Assembly: GCA_045593265.1 (NCBI GenBank)
Contig: JAZNWH010000089.1
Location: 741-64,740, forward strand
Direction: 5' to 3'
Length of the DNA stretch: 64,000 nucleotides
DNA from: Clostridia bacterium
GTDB lineage: Bacteria; Bacillota; Clostridia; RGIG6154
The notes beneath the pieces were generated by a model. That model was not told the DNA's origin. It did no database searches and was given only the letters and a program-made list of their open reading frames with translations. The translations under genes were made by a program, and so were the position numbers. Of this stretch, positions 28,931-39,904 are shown piece after piece (position 1 is the first letter of the stretch; each line of letters starts with the position of its first letter).

Positions 28931-30566
28931 ATACTTTTTTGTCCTCAAACTTAAGAATTTTATCGCTTACTCTGGCAGCTTCTGTTTTATGAGTAACTGC
29001 TACGACGGTAATATTCTCCATTTTTTTCAGATTATCAATCAATTTTTTCTCTGTTTGCAAATCAAGTGCACTTGTGGCTTCATCAAGAAGCAACATTCTG
29101 TTTGGGGAAAGAATAGCTCTTGCTATTGCAATTCTTTGTATTTGTCCTTCCGAAAGACCCGTTCCATTTTCACCTACGACGGTATCAATTCCATTCGGAA
29201 GATTTTCAGAAAATTCATCAACACACGCAAGCCTGATAGCTCTTCCCAGTTCTTCTTCACTTACATTTTCGGAGATAAACGATATATTTTCTTTTATTGT
29301 TCCGGAAAAAATAAGATTGCCTTGGGGTACATATGAAAATAAGCCTCTTACACCATTTGAAACATTAATAATATCATTAGTTGTTTTTATTAATATTTTA
29401 CCCTCCTGTGGTTTCAAAACACCAAGCATAAGCTTTAAAACTGTACTCTTGCCCGCTCCTGACAATCCCGTCAAGGAAACAAAACTGTCTTTTTCAATGG
29501 AAAAACTTACATTATCAAGTATCTTTTCTCCATCGTAAGAAAAGGTAACATTTTGAAATTCAATAGTAGTTATTTCATCATAAATATTACTGCAATCTTC
29601 TCCTTGAGCATCATCCTCTTTTTCTTCAATCTCCATAAGTCTTTCAACTGATGCTAATATTCTTAACAACTCCGATGTTACTGAGGACAAAGATGCCACA
29701 GGTCTCTGAACCTTACCTGTAAGCTGAAGAATTTGTGCCATTGTTCCGTAAGTGATTTTTTTTGAAAGTATACCCAATGCACCCCAAAGAAGTGCATATA
29801 CAAAGCCTGCCTCAAAAATAAGAGCTACTCCCGATGTCATTAAAATCATAAAAGAAGCACGCTTAAGGCGTGAATTTTTGTAATCGCCAAGATATAATTT
29901 GTTCTTATTCTGAATATTTCCTGATGTGTTAAAGACCTTAACTGCAAGTATATTGAGTAATACTTCCTGAACGAATGAGCGCGCCTTACTGTCTTTTTCC
30001 TGCACTTTTTTGTGCATAATTTTAATTTTGTTTCTGTAAATAAAAGTACCTGCTAAAACCACAACACCTGCCGCAAGGTAAATAAATGCAAAGGATATAT
30101 CCACCATAACAAGCATAATAAAAGCACCTGTTACAGTAGTTAAAATATCTGCAACAGCGGGAATTACTGTCATTATTCCGTTACTTATTACAGAAACATC
30201 CGAAAACATTCTGTTTTGCAAATCCGACGTATGAAAACTGACAATTTCAGAATATTTCTTTCCTATTATATTTTCAAAAAATCTGCTTTTCAGCCTGATT
30301 TCTGCTTTGAGCCTGAACTTTTCATCCATATTTCTGAAAACAATACGAAAAATAAAGCTTAAAATTATAACACTTATGAGTACTATTCCATAGATAACAA
30401 CCTGACGGAAATTTCCTGTTGTGGCACTGTCAATGATAAGCTTTGTAATATAAGCGAAAGCAAGGGATATCAGGGCAAACAAAACATTAACTGCCGAAAG
30501 AATACTTACAGGCAGAAAACAGAATTTTGTATTCTCAAATATCCATTTTAATGCTTTTTTGTTCAT
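28905..30566 (-). CDS. ABC transporter with fused permease and ATP-binding domains (exporter type)
   Basis: Six transmembrane segments in the N-terminal half; Walker A GLSGAGKST; signature LSEGQIQR; Walker B LLLDEATSALD; no C39 peptidase domain. Confidence 0.9.
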   Translation of the reverse strand: MNKKALKWIFENTKFCFLPVSILSAVNVLFALISLAFAYITKLIIDSATTGNFRQVVIYGIVLISVIILSFIFRIVFRNMDEKFRLKAEIRLKSRFFENIIGKKYSEIVSFHTSDLQNRMFSDVSVISNGIMTVIPAVADILTTVTGAFIMLVMVDISFAFIYLAAGVVVLAGTFIYRNKIKIMHKKVQEKDSKARSFVQEVLLNILAVKVFNTSGNIQNKNKLYLGDYKNSRLKRASFMILMTSGVALIFEAGFVYALLWGALGILSKKITYGTMAQILQLTGKVQRPVASLSSVTSELLRILASVERLMEIEEKEDDAQGEDCSNIYDEITTIEFQNVTFSYDGEKILDNVSFSIEKDSFVSLTGLSGAGKSTVLKLMLGVLKPQEGKILIKTTNDIINVSNGVRGLFSYVPQGNLIFSGTIKENISFISENVSEEELGRAIRLACVDEFSENLPNGIDTVVGENGTGLSEGQIQRIAIARAILSPNRMLLLDEATSALDLQTEKKLIDNLKKMENITVVAVTHKTEAARVSDKILKFEDKKVYEEKCINE

Positions 30567-30629
30567 AATTTTTCTTCCTTAATAATATACTGATTTAAAT
30601 TATATATTAAAAGGAACAAAAAATCAATA

Positions 30630-31058
30630 CTAAAAGTTTTTAAAGACTATTACTCCCGCTATCATAAGCACAACTCCTGCTAATTGGCTCCATTTAAAGG
30701 GTACTTTTTGTGTATCCATTATACCGAATCCGTCAATCAGCGCCGCTGTAATAAGTTGAGAAATTAAAATAACACTTATGGCAACTGTCGGACTGAGTTT
30801 ACCTATGCCAAGCATAACTGTAACCGTTATAACCATTCCGAGTGCCCCACCCAAAAGATAATACCAGGGCACAGTCGTTATTTCTTTTATATTTCCCTTT
30901 CCGAAAAACAATGCTGCAATCAAAGAAATTATAAAGGCAGTTCCCTGAACATAGGCATTTGCTTCAAGTAAACCAATTTTTTCATTAAGACGAGTATTCA
31001 TTACTCCCTGAATACTCATAACCGCTCCTGCTATAATATTTGATATAAAGGCAAACAT
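30630..31058 (-). CDS. Small DMT-superfamily membrane protein (YdcZ/DUF486-like, 4 transmembrane segments)
   Basis: 142 aa, four hydrophobic helices, glycine-rich GxxxG packing motifs. Confidence 0.45.
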   Translation of the reverse strand: MFAFISNIIAGAVMSIQGVMNTRLNEKIGLLEANAYVQGTAFIISLIAALFFGKGNIKEITTVPWYYLLGGALGMVITVTVMLGIGKLSPTVAISVILISQLITAALIDGFGIMDTQKVPFKWSQLAGVVLMIAGVIVFKNF

Positions 31059-31128
31059 ATATCCACTCCTTTTATTTTTACTTTTCCCAAAATATTATAT
31101 TTTATAAGAAAAAAACACCAAAAAACTG

Positions 31129-31157
31129 TTGACAAAAGGTTTTTGTTATGATATTAT
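31129..31157 (+). promoter_or_regulatory. Sigma-A promoter for rplU-rpmA
   Basis: TTGACA, 17-nt spacer, TATTAT. Confidence 0.6.
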
Positions 31158-31246
31158 GTTATGGTAACCGCACGAATGTGGCTTTTTTAAGTACCCTTAA
31201 CGGGTCGCCTTATTTCGGCGAGTCTAAAATTGGGAGGTGAAACCGC
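31158..31246 (+). promoter_or_regulatory. Possible ribosomal-protein L21 leader (5' UTR with small hairpins)
   Basis: About 90-nt leader between the promoter and rplU with a tcgcc-ttatttc-ggcga stem; an L21 leader element is known in low-GC Gram-positives; not verified. Confidence 0.3.
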
Positions 31247-31552
31247 ATGTACGCAATTATCGTAACAGGTGGTAAGCAGTATAAGGTTACCGAAGGCGAA
31301 GTTCTTTTCATCGAAAAGAAAGATGCCAGCGAAGGTGATGTTATTAAGTTTGATACTGTTTTAGCTGCATCAGACAATGACGGCAACTTTACAGTTAATC
31401 CTGCAGGCGCTTCTGTTGATGCTAAAGTTCTCGGACAGGGCAAAGATAAGAAGATCATCGTTTACAAGTATAAGCCTAAAAAGGGTTATCACAAAAAGCA
31501 GGGACACAGACAGCCTTATACAAAGATTCAGATCGAAAAGATTAATTTATAA
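31247..31552 (+). CDS. rplU: 50S ribosomal protein L21
   Basis: [24 protein letters not shown]. Confidence 0.95.
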   Translation: MYAIIVTGGKQYKVTEGEVLFIEKKDASEGDVIKFDTVLAASDNDGNFTVNPAGASVDAKVLGQGKDKKIIVYKYKPKKGYHKKQGHRQPYTKIQIEKINL

Positions 31553-31587
31553 TTTTCATTTTGCATAGTAAATTGGAGGTGCAATAA

Positions 31588-31845
31588 ATGGCTCATAAGA
31601 AAGGTGTCGGCAGTACCAAAAACGGTAGAGATTCCGAGTCGAAACGACTTGGCGTGAAAAAAGCTGACGGTCAGTTCGTTACAGCAGGTAACATTATCGT
31701 AAGACAGAGAGGAACTAAGATTCATCCGGGTCTTAACGTTAAAAAAGGCGGAGACGATACATTATTTACACTTATCGACGGTTATGTTAAATTCGAAAGA
31801 AAAGACAAAACAAGAAAACAGGTAAGTGTATACGCAGCAGAATAA
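31588..31845 (+). CDS. rpmA: 50S ribosomal protein L27 (no N-terminal propeptide)
   Basis: [25 protein letters not shown]. Confidence 0.95.
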   Translation: MAHKKGVGSTKNGRDSESKRLGVKKADGQFVTAGNIIVRQRGTKIHPGLNVKKGGDDTLFTLIDGYVKFERKDKTRKQVSVYAAE

Positions 31846-31855
31846 CAAAAATCAA

Positions 31856-31886
31856 CACCGATAAAGTCTTTTATCGGTGTTTTTTG
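31856..31886 (+). terminator. Rho-independent terminator after rpmA
   Basis: caccgataaa-gtct-tttatcggtg followed by TTTTTT. Confidence 0.7.
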
Positions 31887-31920
31887 TTAAAATATCTGCA
31901 ATTTAAGAAAGGATTTAATT

Positions 31921-33192
31921 ATGGCTTCATTTATTGACAAAGCTAAAATAACCGTTAAAGCCGGCAAAGGCGGAAACGGAAGTATGGCATTTCACCGTGA
32001 AAAATATGTAGCGGCAGGCGGCCCTGACGGTGGCGATGGCGGTCATGGCGGAAGTGTTATTTTTAAAGGCGACAATTCTCTTTCCACTCTGATGGATTTT
32101 AAATATAAAAAGAAATACAACGCTGAAAACGGAGAAGACGGAAAAGATAAAAAACGTCATGGAAAAAACGGAAGCAATCTTTATATAAAAGTTCCCGTAG
32201 GAACTATTATTAAATATAACGGCAAAATAGTTGCTGATATAAAAAACGAGGATACTGAATTTATTGCAGCAAAAGGCGGCACAGGCGGATGGGGTAATTC
32301 TCACTTTGCTACTGCAACAAGACAGGCCCCTAAATTTGCCAAAGTAGGTCTTTACGGAGACGAAAGAGAGCTTGAACTTGAACTTCGTCTTCTTGCAGAT
32401 GTTGGTTTTGTAGGATTTCCAAATGTAGGTAAATCTACCCTTCTCTCTGTTATCAGTGCTGCAAAACCTAAAATAGCAAACTATCACTTTACAACTCTTA
32501 TCCCCAATTTAGGTGTTGTTGATGCAGGAGAAGGCAACAGCTTTGTTGCGGCTGATATTCCCGGTTTAATTGAAGGTGCTTCGGAAGGTCTGGGCTTAGG
32601 ACACGAATTTTTAAGACACGTTGAAAGAACAAGACTTCTTCTTCACGTAGTCGATGTTTCAGGAATTGAAGGAAGAAATCCTGTTGACGATTTCAACACC
32701 ATTAACGAAGAACTCAAAAATTATAATATAGATTTACTTGACCGTCCTCAAATTATTGCTGCTAACAAAACAGACATTATGACGGATACAGCTCCTTATG
32801 AAGAACTCAAAAAACTTGCCAGGGAAAAAGATATAAAAATCTTTGAAATCTCAGCAGCTACAGGTACAGGTGTAAGGGAACTTGTAGCATATATTGCATC
32901 TCTTCTTAAAGAAATTCCTATTCCTGAGGTTGAAATTGAGCCTATGACAGAAGCGCTATACACCTTTGACGAAGAAGAATTCACTGTAAAGAAAGATAAC
33001 GAAATTTTTGTTGTTGAAGGCCCATATATTACTAAACTCGTAAGCTCCATCAACTTCGAAGATTACGAATCTCTAAGCTACTTCCAGACAAATCTCCGTA
33101 AAAAAGGTATCATTAAAGCTCTGGAAAATGCAGGCGTAAAAGAGGGCGATATGGTAAGAATGGAAGATTTGGAATTTGAATTTATTTATTAA
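31921..33192 (+). CDS. obg: GTPase Obg
   Basis: Obg fold N-terminal glycine-rich region (GKGGNGS..GGPDGGDGGHGGSV); G-domain; C-terminal OCT domain. Confidence 0.95.
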   Translation: MASFIDKAKITVKAGKGGNGSMAFHREKYVAAGGPDGGDGGHGGSVIFKGDNSLSTLMDFKYKKKYNAENGEDGKDKKRHGKNGSNLYIKVPVGTIIKYNGKIVADIKNEDTEFIAAKGGTGGWGNSHFATATRQAPKFAKVGLYGDERELELELRLLADVGFVGFPNVGKSTLLSVISAAKPKIANYHFTTLIPNLGVVDAGEGNSFVAADIPGLIEGASEGLGLGHEFLRHVERTRLLLHVVDVSGIEGRNPVDDFNTINEELKNYNIDLLDRPQIIAANKTDIMTDTAPYEELKKLAREKDIKIFEISAATGTGVRELVAYIASLLKEIPIPEVEIEPMTEALYTFDEEEFTVKKDNEIFVVEGPYITKLVSSINFEDYESLSYFQTNLRKKGIIKALENAGVKEGDMVRMEDLEFEFIY

Positions 33193-33197
33193 TAATT

Positions 33198-33788
33198 ATG
33201 AAAACAGGACTTTTCGGGGGAACTTTTGACCCCATTCATAACGGACATATGAAAATTGCCCGTGAACTTATAAATAAAAATATTTTGGACAGAGTAATTT
33301 TTGTTGTTGCTTATGCCCCGCCCCATAAGGATAAAAAAATCACAAACGAAATTCATCGCTTGAATATGGTTAAAATCGCAGCAGGTAATGATTTTTATGT
33401 AAGTGATTATGAAATACAAAAAGGTGGCAAAAGCTATTCTTACGACACTCTTACTTATTTTTCACAGCATTACAAGAATGACGAAATTTACTTTATTACA
33501 GGTGCTGATATGCTTCTATCTTTACCAAAATGGTATAAATCAGATGAGCTTTTAAAAAAATTCAGTTTTATAGGTGTTGACAGAAACAATCAGCTAGAAG
33601 ATGGAAAAATAGAATTGGTAAATGAAATTATTAATGAATATAATGCAAAAATCATATTGACAGATATAAAGACGCCACCTATATCTTCCACCACAGTCCG
33701 TCAGATGCTCACAAATGGCGAAGATGTTTCTATGTATATAAACCAAGATGTATTAAAATATATTAAGGACAATGAATTATATGACTGA
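33198..33788 (+). CDS. nadD: Nicotinate-nucleotide adenylyltransferase
   Basis: GGTFDPIHNGH nucleotidyltransferase motif. Confidence 0.9.
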   Translation: MKTGLFGGTFDPIHNGHMKIARELINKNILDRVIFVVAYAPPHKDKKITNEIHRLNMVKIAAGNDFYVSDYEIQKGGKSYSYDTLTYFSQHYKNDEIYFITGADMLLSLPKWYKSDELLKKFSFIGVDRNNQLEDGKIELVNEIINEYNAKIILTDIKTPPISSTTVRQMLTNGEDVSMYINQDVLKYIKDNELYD

Positions 33789-34365
33789 TAAAATTATTTC
33801 CGATTTAACCAAAAGCCTTTCGCAAAAGAGGTTTTTGCACACAAAGGGTGTTGCTCAAACAGCACTACAGCTTGCGGAAATCTATGGTGCCGACAAAGAA
33901 AAAGTGTATATTGCAGGACTTCTTCACGATATGGCAAAGGAGCTTTCCCTTGAAGAAATGAATGCTCTTACAGAAAATCTTGATATCGACTCATATATGC
34001 GTTCTTCAAAAGCTTTACTACATGGTCCTGCTGGTGCAGTACTTGCGAAAAATACATTTGATATTGAAGAAGAAATATACAATGCTGTTTTTTATCACAC
34101 AACAGGAAGAGAGAATATGACTTTAACGGAAAAAATAGTATTTGTTTCAGATATGGCTGAGCCTTCCCGTACATTTAACGGAATTGAAAAGTTAAGACAA
34201 ATAATGCTCACAGATATAGATGATGCAGTTGTGGAAGCCTCTGATTTAACATTAAAATATCTGATAGAAAACAAGAAAAACATTTACCCCCTTACAGTAA
34301 TTTCCAGAAATTACATCATTAATCAAAAAAAGTGTGGAAATTGTTCTGAAAATGTGGTAAAATAA
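33772..34365 (+). CDS. yqeK: HD-domain bis(5'-nucleosyl)-tetraphosphatase YqeK
   Basis: HD motif (LLHDMAK); conserved nadD-yqeK-rsfS gene order. Confidence 0.85.
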   Translation: MNYMTDKIISDLTKSLSQKRFLHTKGVAQTALQLAEIYGADKEKVYIAGLLHDMAKELSLEEMNALTENLDIDSYMRSSKALLHGPAGAVLAKNTFDIEEEIYNAVFYHTTGRENMTLTEKIVFVSDMAEPSRTFNGIEKLRQIMLTDIDDAVVEASDLTLKYLIENKKNIYPLTVISRNYIINQKKCGNCSENVVK

Positions 34366-34435
34366 ATAATTGTAAAACTATAACACACGAGAGGTTTAAC
34401 GTGAAAGTTACTTTCCCGTTAGCCCCTCCGATGAA

Positions 34436-34801
34436 ATGGAGATTTTTATGAATTCATACGAAAAAACCTGTCTTGCAGTAAAGGCTCTTGATAATAAAAA
34501 AGCACGTGATATTACAGTCTTGAAAATAGAAGACTTAACCGTAATTTCAGACTATTTTGTTATAGCAACTGCATCAAGCTCAACTCAGCTTCGTGCATTA
34601 AGCGAAGAAGTTGATTTTGTTCTCAGCAATGAAGGTATATCTCCCCTTCACAAGGAAGGAGACTCTTCCTCACCGTGGATTTTACTTGATTACGGTGATT
34701 TGGTTGTTCATCTGTTTTTGGAGGATTCAAGAATGTTCTACAGTTTAGAACGTCTCTGGTCAGATGCAACAGAAGTAAATGTTGAAGAAATTTTAAAATA
34801 A
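34436..34801 (+). CDS. rsfS: Ribosome silencing factor RsfS (Iojap)
   Basis: Iojap-family sequence ..DITVLKIEDLTVISDYFVIATASSSTQLRAL.. Confidence 0.9.
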   Translation: MEIFMNSYEKTCLAVKALDNKKARDITVLKIEDLTVISDYFVIATASSSTQLRALSEEVDFVLSNEGISPLHKEGDSSSPWILLDYGDLVVHLFLEDSRMFYSLERLWSDATEVNVEEILK

Positions 34802-34830
34802 ACAAATAAATTCTGAAAGGATTGAAATAA

Positions 34831-37242
<2,412 letters not shown>

Positions 37243-37258
37243 ATAAACAACAATAATA

Positions 37259-37298
37259 AAACGGATGTAAAAACAAAGTTTTTACATCCGTATTTTTT
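37259..37298. terminator. Bidirectional terminator after leuS
   Basis: acggatgtaaaaa-caaag-tttttacatccgt followed by ATTTTTT; T-rich on the opposite strand as well. Confidence 0.7.
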
Positions 37299-37304
37299 GA
37301 AATT

Positions 37305-37500
37305 TAAACCCGCCGGAGCGCTGTTTTTCTGCGTTTTTAAACCTGGTTAATCAGGTGGGTTACCGCTTGAAGGCTTAAATCGCTCCTTTAACTGAAAAGC
37401 AAGGCATGCAAGCCACCTTCAAATATGGTTCCCTTAAAAAAAGTGTTGGTTCAAAACACGGGCAGACTTCACCACGCATCAGGCAGGTTGAGGTTTATTT
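37305..37500. ncRNA. Candidate structured small RNA in a GC-rich intergenic island (6S RNA is one hypothesis); strand and identity unresolved
   Basis: About 195 nt markedly GC-richer than the surroundings, with several internal complementary segments (cctg[a/g]ttaa[c/t]cagg; ggagcg..cgctcc; ggc[a/t]tgca[a/t]gcc); no credible ORF (the 37406-37735 ORF overlaps the real minus-strand gene). Confidence 0.35.
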
Positions 37501-37502
37501 TA

Positions 37503-37769
37503 TTATTCTTCCTCTTCTTCTGTCATTGCAAGATAGGTATCCAGTACCTTCTGTGCTTCTTCGTCATCTTCAACTCCGACTAAAACTTCACAGTCCTCAT
37601 CATCATTTTCGAATTTTAAAATTACTACACCGTCATCAGGATCAAGAACAGGAAGAAGTATTACATAATACTCATCATCAAGTTCAATTGTGTCAATGTG
37701 TTCAAATTCTACCTCCTTACCCTGATCATCGGTAAGAACTATAATTTCTCCTCTTTCGTTGTTATCCAT
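37503..37769 (-). CDS. DUF1292-family acidic protein
   Basis: ..IIVLTDDQGKEVEFEHIDTIELDDEYYVILLPV..VVILKFENDD.. with an acidic tail; typical DUF1292 pattern. Confidence 0.7.
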   Translation of the reverse strand: MDNNERGEIIVLTDDQGKEVEFEHIDTIELDDEYYVILLPVLDPDDGVVILKFENDDEDCEVLVGVEDDEEAQKVLDTYLAMTEEEEE

Positions 37770-37832
37770 TTTTGTTTCTCCTTAACTGAATTTTAACCTT
37801 TTTTATTATAAATTACAACAGTAATTTTTTCC

Positions 37833-38579
37833 TTATCTCTTTTTCTTTTTAGAAACAGCAGGCACCTGCTGTATTGAAATAATTGCCATAAGCATTACAG
37901 ATGCTGCTAAATTCTGCAATGAAATAAATTTATCAGCAAGTGTTACTTTTTCAAATATTCTGAGTACAAACATAAGTGCACCCATAAATGAATAAGCCAT
38001 AAGTGCCCAACCAAAAAGGTCTTCACTGTTTTTTGCAATATTAATAATTGCAAGAACTATTCCAAATATAAAGAACAATGCAGCAATTACTGACGCAATC
38101 TGACTGAATAAATCAGCTTCATCTACATTTATGTTTGCTAAAACAGCAGCTGCTACAACTAATACAATCGAAGGAATTAAATAAAATAAATTCTTAATAA
38201 GTGGCTTCTTAACAATAGCAGCATCTGCACATACAGGAATAAACACAACAGGCAAAATCAAGCCTACAGGTTTAAGTCTCAGCGCTGCTGATGAAACAGG
38301 AATAATAGATAAAATTGCATAAGCAAGCATAACCACTGATAAAATTATAAATTCAATACTGATTAATTTTACATCACTCTTTTTATTTGCAACACCATAT
38401 CCCAAAGTGAAGACAGACTGAACAAATAAAAACAAATATCCAAAGCTGAGAGTCCAGCCTATTGCACGATTTACATCATACTGAAGATAGTAATGCGTTA
38501 CCGCAATTAAGGTTAAAAGTATTATGCATATTGTTGAAACAGACATAACATTTTTTCTGTTCCCGAAAAAGTTTTTCAT
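37833..38579 (-). CDS. Hypothetical polytopic membrane protein (248 aa)
   Basis: 7-8 hydrophobic helices; no motif recognised. Confidence 0.5.
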   Translation of the reverse strand: MKNFFGNRKNVMSVSTICIILLTLIAVTHYYLQYDVNRAIGWTLSFGYLFLFVQSVFTLGYGVANKKSDVKLISIEFIILSVVMLAYAILSIIPVSSAALRLKPVGLILPVVFIPVCADAAIVKKPLIKNLFYLIPSIVLVVAAAVLANINVDEADLFSQIASVIAALFFIFGIVLAIINIAKNSEDLFGWALMAYSFMGALMFVLRIFEKVTLADKFISLQNLAASVMLMAIISIQQVPAVSKKKKR

Positions 38580-38810
38580 ATATTTTGTCCCCTTTCGTAT
38601 ATAATAGTATTATACTAATAATATGAAATTTTTTCAATAGTAATTACGAATATTTTTATTTTTTTTACAAATTGTATAATTAAATTTTCTAATTTATTGA
38701 CATATAATTTAAAATATGTTAAACTTAACTAAAGTAGAATTATTTCATATTATCGGTAATAAAATATATATTTTTAGCTATTAATAACACAGTAATGGAG
38801 GAAAGGTATT

Positions 38811-38960
38811 ATGAAAACTTGGCACAAGCTTGTATTGGTATTTTCAATTCTTTCTTTAATGGCTACTGCAGCAATTTTTCTGATTGATTATCAGAATGAC
38901 CGTAAGGTAATCAGTGCAGTTAAAAAGCTTTTGGAACAGAAGAAAGTTATTGAGTTATAG
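38811..38960 (+). CDS. Hypothetical 49-aa single-pass membrane peptide (absent from the ORF track)
   Basis: MKTWHKLVLVFSILSLMATAAIFLIDYQNDRKVISAVKKLLEQKKVIEL; GGAGGAAAGG ribosome-binding site 7 nt upstream; strong terminator immediately downstream. Confidence 0.45.
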   Translation: MKTWHKLVLVFSILSLMATAAIFLIDYQNDRKVISAVKKLLEQKKVIEL

Positions 38961-38973
38961 TACAACACAAAAC

Positions 38974-39008
38974 GCGCAGAAAACGCAGATTTCTGCGCTT
39001 TGTTTTTT
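38974..39008 (+). terminator. Rho-independent terminator
   Basis: gcgcagaaa-acgcaga-tttctgcgc followed by TTTGTTTTTT. Confidence 0.7.
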
Positions 39009-39046
39009 CATGTCAGAATTTCAATAAAGATTACAAGGGGCATTTT

Positions 39047-39904
39047 ATGAATATTTTGATTACAGGCGCAAAAGGTCAGTTGGCTTTTGAAATTATCAAT
39101 ATTTTAAATCAAACGGACGGGCAGATAACATTTTTTGCTCCTGATGAAGATGAATTGAACATTTGCGACATTAATTCAGTAAATAAAACTTTAAAGGGTA
39201 TGGATGCAGTTATCAACTGTGCAGCTTTCACAAACGTTGATTTATGTGAAACTGAAATTGAAAGTGCTTATAAGGTTAACAGTGAGGGTGTTAAAAATCT
39301 TGCTGTTGCTTGTGAAAACGAAAATGCTTTACTTGTTCATATTTCTACTGACTATGTTTTTGATGGTAATAAAAAAACTCCTTATATTGAAAATGACACA
39401 GCAAACCCTCAGACAGTATATGGGAAAAGTAAGCTTGAAGGCGAAGAAGAAGCTAAAAAATGCAAAAAGCATTATATACTGAGAACCTCTTGGCTTTACG
39501 GAGCAAAAGGAAAAAATTTCGTTAAAACTATGATAAATCTTGGTAACACCAAAGACTCTGTAAAGGTCGTAAACGACCAGTTCGGAACACCCACATATGC
39601 AAAAGATTTAGCCAAGGTTATTGTAAATCTTATATTAAACGATGATGGTGATTACGGCATTTATCATTGTACGGGAAATGGAAAAGACGTTTCATGGTTT
39701 GATTTTACCCGTGAAATTTTCAGAATTCTTGATATAAAAACTCCTGTTTTACCTTGTTCAACTTCAGAATTCAACGCAAAAGCAAAGAGACCGACATACT
39801 CGGTGCTTGAAAACAAAAAACTAAAAGATAAAAACATAGATACAATGCGTGATTGGAAAATTGCATTAAAAGAATTTTTACTTGAAAGGAAAGAATTATT
39901 ATGA
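39047..39904 (+). CDS. rfbD: dTDP-4-dehydrorhamnose reductase
   Basis: MNILITGAKGQLAFEI.. N-terminal Rossmann fold; STDYVFDG; YGKSK catalytic motif (RmlD family). Confidence 0.8.
   Translation: MNILITGAKGQLAFEIINILNQTDGQITFFAPDEDELNICDINSVNKTLKGMDAVINCAAFTNVDLCETEIESAYKVNSEGVKNLAVACENENALLVHISTDYVFDGNKKTPYIENDTANPQTVYGKSKLEGEEEAKKCKKHYILRTSWLYGAKGKNFVKTMINLGNTKDSVKVVNDQFGTPTYAKDLAKVIVNLILNDDGDYGIYHCTGNGKDVSWFDFTREIFRILDIKTPVLPCSTSEFNAKAKRPTYSVLENKKLKDKNIDTMRDWKIALKEFLLERKELL

Noticed and set aside
37345-37365. T-box-like sequence AATCAGGTGGGTTACCGC
   Set aside because: There is no downstream same-strand gene, specifier-loop or terminator/antiterminator arrangement. It lies after leuS rather than before an aminoacyl-tRNA synthetase gene, so it is treated as part of the unidentified structured region instead.
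37406-37735. 109-aa plus-strand ORF
   Set aside because: It overlaps the well-supported DUF1292 gene on the opposite strand and the GC-rich non-coding island. Its His/Gln/Leu-rich low-complexity translation is typical of an antisense artefact.
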